A DNA stretch of 63,409 nt, filler included, from Basidioascus undulatus (taxonomy: Eukaryota): assembly GCA_000826855.1 (NCBI GenBank). It is 8 parts of 8 records of this genome, joined end to end, with 100 filler letters (N's around TTAATTAATTAA, not from the genome) between each part and the next. Parts side by side here need not be neighbours in the genome. Positions count along the whole stretch, not along the records: positions 26,117 to 31,337 come from JTLS01001973.1; positions 31,438 to 36,689 come from JTLS01001974.1; positions 36,790 to 42,036 come from JTLS01001975.1; 5 more parts are not named here. One strand, written 5' to 3'. The first letter of the stretch is position 1; each line of letters opens with the position of its first letter. Below are positions 26,191 through 37,288 of the stretch, piece after piece. Under the pieces are notes generated by a model, which saw only the letters and a list, made by a program, of their open reading frames with translations, was not told the origin of the DNA and did not search any database. The translations under genes were made by a program, and so were the position numbers.

Positions 26191-27079
26191 TACTCCTTCT
26201 GCTTTTCGAACCGGATGTCGACGTTCGCGGAAAAGCTCGTCGACTTTGACATCATGGTCGAGTCCGAGCCGCGGCACGAGCTCCCGAAGCAGGGCAAGGC
26301 GCTCAAGGAGCATACCAACAGCTTGGAGGACAGCGTGCGCTTCTCCCTTCCCTTCTTTCTCCTTACTCGAGTTCCCTCCTTCTCGCGTTCTCGGATTCCT
26401 CTCTGTCCCTCTCCTCCCCCTTCTCTCGTTCTCGTTTCTTCTTTCTCCTTCTCGGGTTCCCTTCTTTTCCCCTTCTCCTCCTTCTTCTCTGTTACCTCCT
26501 TCTCGCGTTCTCGAGTTCCCTTCTTGCTCCCTTCTTGGATTCTCGAGCGAGGCTGATGTGTGATGTGGCTGTGTTGCTGGACCGCGTGCAGATCTACAAG
26601 ATCTCCGGCCAGCTCTCGAGCATCCAGCGCACGCAGCGCTACTTCCGCACGCGCGAGAACCGCGGCGTCGCGACGGTCCAGTCGACTCAGTCAAGGATGT
26701 GTGAGTCGGGACGCTGTCGCTCTTGTTCTTTTTGGAATCGCTGGCGCGAGCGAACGCATATACGTTACCCTCTTGTTGTTGCACCTCTCTCTGACCCTCC
26801 CTGAACGCACTCGCAGTTTGGTTTGGCACGCTCGAATCACTGTCAGTCTTTCCCTCTCTCCTCTCCCATCCCATCGCGCTCCCCTCTCGTACCCTGTCTT
26901 ACAGAGTGCGCGGTCCGCAGGGCGATGGTAGCGATGGCCTGCGCACAAGTATGGGTCGTCAAGAACTTTTTCAACCACAGTGCGTGCCTTCCCCCTTCTT
27001 TTCCTTAGTGTCGTAGAAAGGAAGTGGTACTGAGATGGTCTGACGCGGTGCGGTAGGCTCGCGGAGGTACAAGGTTTGA
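26191..27079 (+). CDS. p24/emp24/gp25L family ER-Golgi cargo receptor (Erp3-like), 3' part only
   Basis: YSFCFSNRMSTFAEKLVDFDI (end of GOLD domain), coiled coil IYKISGQLSSIQRTQRYFRTRENRGVATVQSTQSR, TM segment AMVAMACAQVWVVKNFF, tail SRRYKV*. Confidence 0.88.
26340..26550 (+). repeat. Pyrimidine-rich degenerate repeat inside a p24 intron
   Basis: Recurring CTCCTTCTCGCGTTCTCG (two near-identical copies) and CTCG(A/G)GTTCCC motifs in a CT-rich tract. Confidence 0.6.
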
Positions 27080-28859
27080 GGAGCGGCGGCAGGGGTCGAG
27101 GCAGGGGGGTGGACGCGCCTCGTGTTAATGGACTGCTTTGGCGTGGAGACGGCGTGTAGGATGCGTTTGTTGGAGAGGGTGCCTTGATGGCTGCGGGCGT
27201 GGGATGGAGCAAGATGCAGCGCTGGCAACTGGTGGGGTGCGCGCGCGGTCACTGCTCTCGTGGATGTCCGTTGGTCGGGCAAGGCTCGTCGGAGGACAAG
27301 GCGGTCGTTTGTCGCTGCCAGCTAGGGCGCCCGCATCTCAGTTGTGAAAGGAAAGCTCGCCTTCGCCCTTCACGAGCGGGCTAACGCGAAGGTCGGGGAG
27401 GGTGTGGTTCACCAAACCCCAGCACACACCGAACATTCTGTAAAATAGTCTTGGACGAGACGTCGGTACGACCCTCGCGTGCTTGGATTTAGTGGTCGCA
27501 GTCTCCTTTCCACCGGCTCGCACGCACGCCGGCCGTCATCCGACTTGCATACTTCGCAGGCCTCACCATTTCCCTTATTTATTCTCACACTCCTCTACTG
27601 TACCGCGTCTCCAAAATTCATCCCGTCGGTCGAGACTATAACAGCAGCTACATGAAGTCGGGCTTTCGGTGCGCTGCGCGGACAGCATACTTCTTCTGCA
27701 GATGGGTTATAATGACAGTTATTAACTGTTTGCCAATTACACGAGGGTTTCCGAAGAGGCCTAGAGGGCTTTCGCCTCCGTTGCATAGCTGAACTCAGGG
27801 CGGCGATGCCAACAACGAAAAGAGTACCGGCAACAATCGACAAGTCTCGTAGTCTTTTGGCTATCATCTCGGGTCCGTCTGCGTTGACACTCTGGAAGAC
27901 AGTCCTGTTTTCTGCAGCACATTATTATGGAATTTTACCCCTTCCCAACCCGAGTGAGAGTGGGGTTTCGATGAAGAAATTCAAGGGCTGAGCGCCTTCG
28001 CTGAATCCCCAGTACGAGGGGAGTCGCAACAGAGCAAGTTCAAGGACACCGATCCATGCCCATTCAAATTTCAGAGAGGGTTTTTGAATGATACACCAAG
28101 CGTCAGGCGCTACAGTCTGTAACCGGTGGCAGCGGAGTGTCATGCCGCCACAGCAACGGGTGTTCACTTTCGAGGTGGATCTGATATGCCTAAATCTGTC
28201 TGTGTCTTCACCACTGTCTTGTGTCATAATCGGCTAGATAAGAAGACAATGAAAATCCACTACGGTATCTGGGAGCGTTTGTGCCAACTTGCTGAACGCC
28301 GTCAGCTGCATCGACGAGTGCCTCTCCATCGAGGTTGCAGTCCGGCTTGTTGTTGTCACCGTCTCACGGCGCGTTTTGAAGGGTTTTATGGGAAATAATC
28401 CAGCAGTTCTCAAGCGGCGCAGTCGTTGCACGCTCGCCGGTGCGGCTGCACGCACCGCAACTCGCAGCTGCCTTATTAGGAAGTGGATTTGTTTGGGGTA
28501 CTATCGCTATAGAGCGACCGTGATATATGAGCCCAGAGCAGCCAAAGTGGCCGTTCCCAGACGAATCGGACAACGCAGCGCATGAATCGAGCAAGAAAGA
28601 ACAGAGCGTGATACAGAGGAAGTGGGCATGTGCGGAGTAGGGTGTGTGTAGAAGAGGAGGAAAAGAAAAAGCTCAGGCAGTGCCAAACAGTCGGAGTGGG
28701 GAGTGGGGAGTGGGAAAAGGAAACGAAGGGTTCAAGTAGCAAGAACAGATCGTGACACAGAGGAAAGTGAGCGTCGGCGCAGTGGGGAGTGTGCGTAGAA
28801 AAGGATTCAAGAAACGTTCAAGATGAAATAAAAAGTCCTTCGGACCTGACCCCCTATAC

Positions 28860-30319
28860 CTACGCCGGCCCAGGGACCGCCTCAGTATCTCCCGCCTGGC
28901 CGCCTGCGACCGGGCGGAGCTCGATGTCTGGCCCCTCCTCCTCGTCGCGGGTCGGGCGCCAGTCGGAGAGATCGGGGGGAGGCAGGAACCCCGCAGCCTG
29001 CGGCGCGGGCGGGGGTTCGAACGGGAGGGGAGGGAGCGGAAGGAAGGTGCAGTCGTATGTGGCGCAGACGGCGCGACGGGATGGGCTTCTCGTTCAGGAT
29101 GTCAGCTTGTGTCTAAGCAAAACGTTGGCAAGGTGGCTCGGAGTCCCTCGCCTTGTCCAGCGCGGAGAGAGCATCCCCAGCCCTGGAATCCGTGCTCGAC
29201 AGTACCACCCGGCGGAGATTCGCCATGTCGATCAGGTCTCGAGCTTTCCCGAGAACGGCGGCGTAGAGGCCGTAGAGGCGCACGGAGTCCTCGTTGACTC
29301 CGGGGGTAACGCGGTTCGGTTCTGGACCATAGCTGGTCCCTGTAATGCGAGCATGGGTGCTGGAGCCGCGACGGTATTTGAAGCAGACGTGCAGGAGTCG
29401 AGCGTCTATAACGTGAAGGTCAAGCTTTGCTGTGTCTCTCGTCCAAGCTTCGTTGTCGGTGATGGTCGCGAGCAACAAAGATGATACCTGGAAAGTAAAT
29501 TAGGGCAGGCGTTGACAATCAATACACGGATTGGGTGCTCACAAACGGGTCGGAGAACACACAGAGATCTGCATCTGCCCCGCTCCCCGAGTTGTGCAAG
29601 ACGAGGAGGGAGGGTGTCGTCCATACCCGCGCTGAACGAGAGCAATAAGGCCCCCGTAGCAGAGTTTCATTCTGGAACTGTGGTCGGAATGGCAGAAATC
29701 ATTCCGAGCCACACCGAGCGCAGCATAGACTCGATGTGGTCGTTGCTGGTTCGCGCAGCCTGACAAGTTTCCGCGAAAGCAACAACCCCGAACAGGCGTT
29801 GGGCTGCAATTAGGCCCATGTCGAAGATTTGAAGCTCAAAAGAATGCTCGCAGTCGTGAGGAGATACCCCGTAAGTGATTGCAAGCATATGAGGATATCG
29901 AGAAATGCGTCAGGTCGATGTGACCTGTCCGGCGGTGCCAGTAAAGCCGCGCAGTGCAAGAGGCACCAAGGAAGTGGAGACTGGAATCGACCGCACTCCA
30001 ACACAAAGCGGACCCTAAGCGATTCGACAATGGCGCGTGCGTCCGTTGCGTCCATGAATCTGAAACTGTTCTCCACCAGAAGCAATCTGATGATTGCTCC
30101 ACAGAGGTTTTAGCAAGCAACGGAATCACCTTCCAAGAAAACCCAACACGCCACCAGGCGGAATTGCGTCAGGCGTTGTGAATGGATACCAGGCTCGAGA
30201 CTTTCAGGGAAGCCCCTCTGCATTAAAGAGCCGAAAAGGCCTGAGGCCGAGTCCAATCTGAGGCCGAGTCCAAGTGGACGAGGCGATCTTCGAAATGTGC
30301 CTTCTTGCAGTCCGTTCAT
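28860..30319 (-). other. Possible lineage-specific or decayed protein-coding gene (unassigned)
   Basis: Chain of minus-strand open segments (29810-30085, 29113-29478) and a GC-rich Pro/acidic tail PPSLPFEPPPAPQAAGFLPPPDLSDWRPTRDEEEGPD...*; no family recognised. Confidence 0.25.
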
Positions 30320-31437
30320 ATAGCGCTCACCGCTTGATTAGAGCTCTTCAAAATGGACATCGACCCCGACTTGGTCGCTTCTATGCTTCGCTCGGTCAGT
30401 CAGGGAATGACTACGGAGACTGGCGGTGATGCCACGAGTCTGGGGCTCTGTTTCGAGTTCGTAGCGTGCTTCCTGCCCGTCTACGGAAGGGACGTCCTCC
30501 TCGCCTTCCACATTTTGCCGCGCGGAGCCCGAATTTTCGAGAAGTTCGGGGGTTCCAACGACTCCCGTTTGGCTACTCTGGCGCGATATCGGTCTGCTCT
30601 GATGCGCCGTCGATTCCTCCAATTTCGTCCCCAACGGGTGTGCCTATCTCGCCGATATACTTAACAGCTGTTCGGTCTGATCTAAACCCTTGCCGACAAC
30701 GAAGAGTGGGCGACAGAGAATCTTGAGCTTCACCACCTAGACGCTCTCTCTTTGGGTGTGTGTTTCGAATATCGCTCCGACGCCACTGGCTCCACTGGCC
30801 ATTCCCTCATCCCTTCGTACGGCTACCTTCTGCACTTGCAATCCAACGAGGATGTGGACGAAGAGGTTGTGCTACTGTATAGCCGCTTCGCCGCTGGTCT
30901 TGGCAACCCTGGGATCTCGACGACCTCGCAAATCTGGACACGCTGCTGCAGAGCAGCCCCGTCTATACGTTTGTGTTGGCACGCAGGGCGTTGGCGAAAC
31001 CGCGCGCGTCCATTCTTGGTAAGCCTTTCCAATACCTTTCGTCTTAAGCAAGGTTCTGACGGGTCTCTGTGGCAAGGACGTTACCCAGACTACGTCCCGC
31101 GTCCTCCCTCAGATTCCATCCTCAGCGGTTGTCTCGATCACGTCTTGACGTCTTTCCCTCCCGCTGCAGCCCACACGCATGTACGCAGGGCGTAGGATGG
31201 CGTGGTGTTTACCCGGCGTGGTTTGGACTGGCTCTGCGCAGCTGCAATGAGGAGGACACATGTCGCCTCGCCTCTGGGGGCTCGCCTTACTAGCCTCACC
31301 TTATCTCACTACTATTGGACCTATGTTGACTAATGAANNNNNNNNNNNNNNNNNNNNNNNNNNNNNNNNNNNNNNNNNNNNTTAATTAATTAANNNNNNN
31401 NNNNNNNNNNNNNNNNNNNNNNNNNNNNNNNNNNNNN

Positions 31438-31518
31438 TTTGGTAGTATAGTGGCTAGTATATCCGCTTGTCATTCAACCTGACCGCGGGCGACCCGGGTT
31501 CAATTCCCGGCCAGAGAG
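31438..31518 (+). tRNA. tRNA-Asp(GTC) with an 11-nt intron; first ~2 nt lost at the contig start
   Basis: D-arm GGTAGTATAGTGGCTAGTAT; anticodon stem TCCGC/GCGGG with GTC at 31469-31471; intron TTCAACCTGAC at 31473-31483 (canonical 37/38 position); T-arm CCGGGTTCAATTCCCGG; acceptor 3' strand CCAGAGAG. Confidence 0.93.
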
Positions 31519-31520
31519 TC

Positions 31521-31526
31521 TTTTTT
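31521..31526 (+). terminator. RNA polymerase III oligo-T terminator of tRNA-Asp
   Basis: TTTTTT begins 3 nt after the tRNA 3' end. Confidence 0.75.
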
Positions 31527-31773
31527 GATTTTCTGGATTTTCTCATTGCTGCTTGGCCAAATTACAGCCTTTTTGAATGCCCAACTTTGAGCCTGCCACA
31601 CCCAACAAGTTTGGCATATTCAGTCGAGCCTAGTGCCGCGCTGTCGCTTGCTGTCGCCAGCATAATAGGCAAACGGTGCCAGAGCGTCATTTCGTCTGAA
31701 AAACTCGAGTCAGGAGCAGATGTTCGGCAGCTCTGCTGTGTCGGGGAGACGGACAGCACCGCGATGAGTGGGT

Positions 31774-33326
31774 CGCTTCGAGAAGCGGGGCATCTGGAAG
31801 CTCGAAAGCTCGAAGGAAACGCGTTCGGGGACGCTGGCGGAGACACGCATCAAATTACGGGGAGAGTTGAGGTGGCGTCGAGACGCCGAAGAGAGACGCA
31901 TGAGTATGCGGGACCGAGAAGCTTCGGAAAGCAGGAAAGTGCGGAATGCCCCCAAGGATGGATAAGACGCAAACAAAATGCGGGTAGAAGAAGGCTTCGA
32001 AAGCCGGACAGAAACGCTGCGAGAACAAGTAGCTTCAAAAGGGCTGTGGGTAATTCGGATCTCCGAAGAGCTGAAGTGAACGCATTCGAAATGCGGGACT
32101 GGGAGCTTCGAGAAGCAGAAAACGACACTCCCAAGAGCAGGGAGAGACTCTTCGAAAAGCTGTGAGAAGGGAGGGGGGGGGGCCGAAGGGTGAAAAGGAC
32201 GCAACGCATCGAGACGGGGGAGGGGAATTTGGGAGGAACGCGCACATCGAAATGTGGGGTACAAGCGCTTCGTGAAGCGGAAGGAGACGCTTCGAAAAGC
32301 GGGAAGTGGGGGTGCAAAGGGCTCAGCGCGCTGTGCGACAGGACACGGAAGGAAGGGCACACCGGGACAGATCACGCCGCTGCTAGGAAAAGAATGATAC
32401 CAGTATGCTTGAGAAGAGCGAAGTCTTACCTGGCAGAAGTGCACTGTGAGCCTCAAAGGCATGTTAGCCGTGTCGCAAGGCGCGTGGGTCGCAAAGCAGA
32501 GCGTGACGGAGACGCACCTCACTGAGGCCACAACTCCCTGTACCAGAACATGCGTCAGAAAACACAAGATCCTTTCTCGAAAGAGCAATGCTAACCGAGA
32601 CGGGTGAGCTGTAAAGAAATGCGTGAGTAAGGAAAAGGGGTGACGCGTCGAGACGCGGATCGAGGACACCTCGAAAGGTGGGCGAGGGACCGCTCATCTG
32701 AGCGGGAAGAAAGAGCTTCGACAAGCATAAGGAAAAGAAAAGGCCTGAGATATCGCTTTAAGAAGCGGGAACAAGAGCTTCGAAAAGCTGGCACGTCGCT
32801 TACGAACAGCGGGAGACGCACCTGGAAAGGTTGGAACAGGCAGCCTCGAATGGCCGGAGGAAAGCACCTCAAAAGGTGGGAGAGAGAGCATCGAAATGCC
32901 AGAAGGAAGCGCTTTGAGAAGCGGATGAGGATGGACGCTTCGAAAAGCGGGAGTGATTGGTGCGCTCTCGAAAAGCGGTGGGTGCGCTTTTGAAAGCGGG
33001 AGAGACGTGTGCGCTTTTGAAAAGCGGGACAGATGCGCTTCAAGAAGCCGGTAGGATGAGTGCGCTTCGAGAAGCGGGCACGAGGAATGCGCTTCAAGAA
33101 GCGGGTGAGAGAGTGTCGCTTTGGAAAGCAGATGAGAATTGCCTTCAAGAAGCGGGCGGGAAGGGAAGCTTCGAAAAGCAGAAGGAGACGCTTGGCCGGC
33201 AACAAGCGGGCGAAAGACGTTTCAAGAAGCGGGCGAGAGGCATTTCGAGAAACGAGGGATATGCACCTCGAGAAGCGGGGAATGGACGCTTCAAAAAGTG
33301 GGATAAGAAACGCTTCGAAAAGTGGG
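31774..33326 (+). repeat. Array of ~30 co-oriented palindromic mini-hairpins, consensus CGCTT-CRAR-AAGCG-GG, with variable purine-rich spacers
   Basis: Copies at e.g. 31774, 32266, 32288, 32754, 32910, 32936, 32985, 33012, 33036, 33063, 33090, 33117, 33218, 33287 and 33311. The densest part, 32910-33326, has 21-29 nt spacing. Stem variants are compensatory (see findings). Confidence 0.9.
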
Positions 33327-33599
33327 AGTGACCTATGGACGGGCGGTAAGGACGCTCTCCCGTGGGTTGCGGGGCACCCCACAAGGCCAGCATGGAAAGG
33401 TGGGACTGCATGGGGCTAGCGGACGAGGAAGCGACCTGTGGGTGTGAGAAGGGGAAGCAGTCAGCACGCTGCTTTGACAGAGAACTGGGATGCAAGATAG
33501 AGAGGAGAGACATACCCTGCCGTCTCCAGCTCCCAGCCGCCCTCCTATCTGTCCTCCAACCGCTCCCCACCAGCTTTGCAGGCGCAGGAGAGAGGTCAG

Positions 33600-33990
33600 C
33601 AACAGCAAAGATGCGGGGCATGAATGCGGAGATCCGACGTGCCCTCGTACCCCATCCACTGCCCCCGGCCACACCCACCTCCCAGCCAGCCCACCACGCC
33701 CGGCGGAACGCGCCCGGCACGCGCCTTATCATCATGCCGGATGCGGTCTGCAAGGCCACAACCAGGATTTGGCAAGGCTTGCAGTCTTGGTTAGGATTCA
33801 CCACTAGACACTTTCCGTTTCCGGCCTTGCAGTTTGCCTTTGGTTTCCTTTGTTCTATCTTTCCATGACGTCTCCTGGATACTCGTTTCCTATTCCGCAC
33901 AATACGTTCTACATCACGGACACATGACCATGCCTCACACTTTAGTATGAGACAGCCACCGGATTGCCCAACCTTTGCTCCGTATTCCCT
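33600..33990 (+). mobile_element. Possible decayed non-LTR retrotransposon ORF2 C-terminal fragment
   Basis: VCKATTRIWQGLQSWLG...LQFAFGF loosely resembles the C..A..IW..L...L...FG tail after the zinc knuckle of LINE ORF2 proteins. No RT motifs seen. Confidence 0.25.
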
Positions 33991-35691
33991 GTAGATAAAT
34001 AGCCTGCTCTCCTGAGTCAATCATTGAAGTACTTCTCTTGCAGCCCGCCTGTGGCTTGCCTCCTTACACGGTCCGTGTCCGGATGGTGCTCTGGAACCGT
34101 AGTCAGGACAATAGTCAGCGCGCGGGTAAGATTGCTGAGATGGTGAGCAAGATAGGAAACAAGAGGCACTCTGGTAGGCGTGGCTGTTCAGAAATACGTC
34201 CGCGCCAGCGCGGAACCTCTGCCACCCTCGCCACCCCTGGTTACCCTCCCTGGCCGTGGCAGTGCTTGTTGTGGCGCTGTGCATGAGCTCGAAGCTGTAA
34301 GAGAGGGAGTGGATGAGCGTTCGCACTCTGAAGACTATAACCCCTTAGAAAACTTGAAAGGAAGACGACTTGGCAGGAAGACGACTTGGCAAGCCATAGA
34401 GCCGCGATGAGGTCGTTGACCGCACGGGAGACGGTTGTGCAGACGTAAACCCGCTGCACAGTCGGGTACCGACCCAGCTCGCGCCTACATATGATCCCAC
34501 TCCTGTCAGCAAACGCCTCCAGCTCGAGCTGCTGAGGTGGCAAGGAGCCCACTTGATATTGTCATCGCTGTAGGCCGCAACCCTGGCAGGAACAACGAGG
34601 GTGGCAACGTTGAAGGATTTGCGAAACGGGAACGTGGCGATCCGATACTGCAGGCGGACGGTGCGCTTAATAAGAGAAGGAGCGGGCATCGCCGCTTGTG
34701 CTGAAGAGGAGAGGATAAATTTTGGGAGAGGGAGAAGAGCATGCAACAAAGCAAGCATTCTGTCTATGGCTGTTTTGTTTTCAGGGCCAAGGTCCGGCCG
34801 CACGCCGACCAGGTGTGCCAACTCACCCTCACTGTCTTGTCTTGTCTTCAATCGACGCCACAACACTCCCAGAGGTTATATCAGCATAGTTTGCAAACTG
34901 AAAGAAACGTGTATTTCAGAAATGTTGAATAGAACATTGTCAAGAGTGCAATTTTCTTTTGCCGAAGCGGACTGCCGGGACTCGAGCACTTCGCACACGG
35001 GCTCTGAGCTGACATACGAGACTACTGTTTCTGTAGGCTGCTTTGGCTGGCATACATTCAAATGGCTTGCATGCCTCCTAATAATCAACTTTCTTTCAGA
35101 GATATTACTGTCTTCACGGCGCGAGCTCCCTTCTTGCCTTGTGCGCTGAAGTTTTTGATGAATGGTCCAACCAAACTGTCCGGACTCTAGGGGGCATTCG
35201 AAGTACGGATACTTTAGATGGTTTGGCAACATACAGTTATAGGAAACCACAATGCACATTGGGGAGGCAGAACGTGCTGCCACCAAACCAGGCTCGACTG
35301 TTACAGGCTGCCAATGCCCTGCACCATCTGGAACCAGTACAGGTGGCATGAAAACCACCTCCCCCCAGCGATCATTTGTTTTCCTTTCCTTCTGTGGTAG
35401 TGCCACTCTGTATACATCAGCCTACCCTTAAGGCTTAAAATGCTGGACCAGTGACCCTTTTTACCAACGAGCAAGGGAATTGACTTCCACCGGCATCGCC
35501 GGCGCTATCTTCGAGTGAGTCGTCGGCTCCCACATCCCGAGCCCGCCTGCCACCTCCCCATCCCTAGCTGCGCAGTCGCAGACTTTCACCTATTGAATGA
35601 ACGGTCCCAGTATCGCTCCGCGGTCGACAATTACAAAGACTTGTGCTGGAGCTCGTGGGTCGTCGGCTGCGCTGCGCACTGCGCGCCCGGG

Positions 35692-36619
35692 CTACTTACA
35701 CTCTGGTCGGCTTCTGAGAGGATGCCCGGCCCCTCCGCAGCATAAACAATGAGGTGTTCGGGGAGGTTGACAGTCTGCATCTTCCACATCTGGTTCTCCC
35801 ACACTTGGCCAACATGCCGCTCGAACTGGAGCCTCAGACTCTTTAACTTCCTTCATCAGTCTGGCTCTGTCAGCTAGCTCACTCATTCGACATGCACATC
35901 AGCCAGAAACACACCCACACCCATACTGTACCGAAAGCGATGGAGTTCTTCCCGAAGTTCAACAACGCATCTGCGACCCTAGTCGCCCCCTCTCCTTTGT
36001 CCGCCAAGTCAAAACCCACATCATCCACCGACATCGTCGACTCACTGCCCACGCTTTGAAAGACCCTGTCACCCGCGAAGTCGACTGGAAGATACGAGGT
36101 CGACTTCAAGGTTGTTAGCACGCTGGAGAAGAGAGATGGAGCTGTTGTGAGTGGCGCTAGGGCAGCGGGGATGGGGGGCCGGTGAGGTTGGTGTGTGGCT
36201 GCGGGTTGGGTCTGGGTGGATGTAGCCTGGTTGAGATTGTTGTATGAGAGATAGAGTTTACTGGTGAGAAAACAGTTTTGGAGACAAGCATGTAGAAAGC
36301 TCAGCGTGAGGATCAATAGTACACTCAGGCTGACCTGCGCTGCCGGTTTCGATTCCTGCGCTGGAGGTTCTGGAATGAGCTGGAGCTTATCACATGAGCG
36401 AATCTGCAGGGGGTACTTTCAAGAGTCCGATGCTCAGGGAGCCAGGAAAATGAACAAGAAGACCTGATGCCGCAGTTTGGTGTTCCTTCGGTAGAGCTCA
36501 TGTATACTCAGCAATGCTCGGTGGCATAGTTTGACACCTTCGGAAAAGCTGTTTGAAAAGGAGTCGCAGCAGATGGCGCAGCATGAGGCGACGATCAACA
36601 GGCTCATAGAACTCAACAA
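35692..36619 (-). pseudogene. Possible decayed RING-finger protein gene
   Basis: CAICCDSF near the 5' end, TKLRHQVF (cf. T.CGH.F), C..SWL in a shifted frame, KLYL after an intron-like segment, later a coiled-coil-like ELADRARLMKEVKE; frames are broken. Weak evidence. Confidence 0.3.
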
Positions 36620-36789
36620 GAACCATGGGGTGGTGGGGTGTTACGAGTTTACGGGCGCGGTGATGGGGCGGTAGCTGGAGTTGGGGTAGNNNNNNNNNNN
36701 NNNNNNNNNNNNNNNNNNNNNNNNNNNNNNNNNTTAATTAATTAANNNNNNNNNNNNNNNNNNNNNNNNNNNNNNNNNNNNNNNNNNNN

Positions 36790-36868
36790 TGGAGAGGAGG
36801 GAAGCGAGACCGCCGTAGAGGGACGCGGTGTACATGTTACCGATGCGCTTGACGACGTCGGCGGTGGG
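36790..36868 (-). other. Isolated exon fragment of HMG-CoA synthase (ERG13-like), cut by the contig end
   Basis: PTADVVKRIGNMYTASLYGGLASLLS matches the conserved GNMYTASLYG motif; preceded by an intron 3' end (CTCAC...GGCAG). Confidence 0.8.
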
Positions 36869-37288
36869 CTGCCGAGAGGTAAGTGAGTGCGAGGCCGCTG
36901 CAAGTTTCGCCCCAATTTCGCTGGCGACGGTCTCTTCGTCGGGCTCAGACAAGCTCAGGGCTCTTCTCACCGCCTCCGTGCAGCCGACACCGATTCCTGG
37001 CGTATCCTGTTCGGACACAAAGTGATTGAAGTTTATAGCTGCTGTCCAGGAGCTTTTCAGCTCAGCTAACTTTCTAACCGCATGATCGCCTGTTCTCCGG
37101 CAGTTTCAACACCTGTCATTTCCGGCCCGGCTCAGCCGCAGGGCTAACTTTCTGGTAGCGCAAACGTCGCTGATAAAACCTTCCTGGAATCAACAAGATA
37201 TAAAAGGTTTTGACTTTGGGAATAGGTCTGAAAGTCACCGCCTTACTCCTTATCACACCGCCGCATCAGTCTGGGTGCCTGGGTCGTC

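Noticed and set aside
31774..33326. CRISPR array interpretation of the repeat-spacer pattern
   Set aside because: Repeats are only ~16 nt and variable, spacers are ~5-13 nt in the core, no cas genes are present, and the context is eukaryotic.
31467..33419. Long ORFs with RFEKR/ASKSG/LFEAS peptide repeats
   Set aside because: The repeat period is not a multiple of 3, so the peptide motif hops between frames. The ORFs are by-products of the stop-poor DNA repeat, and one overlaps the tRNA.
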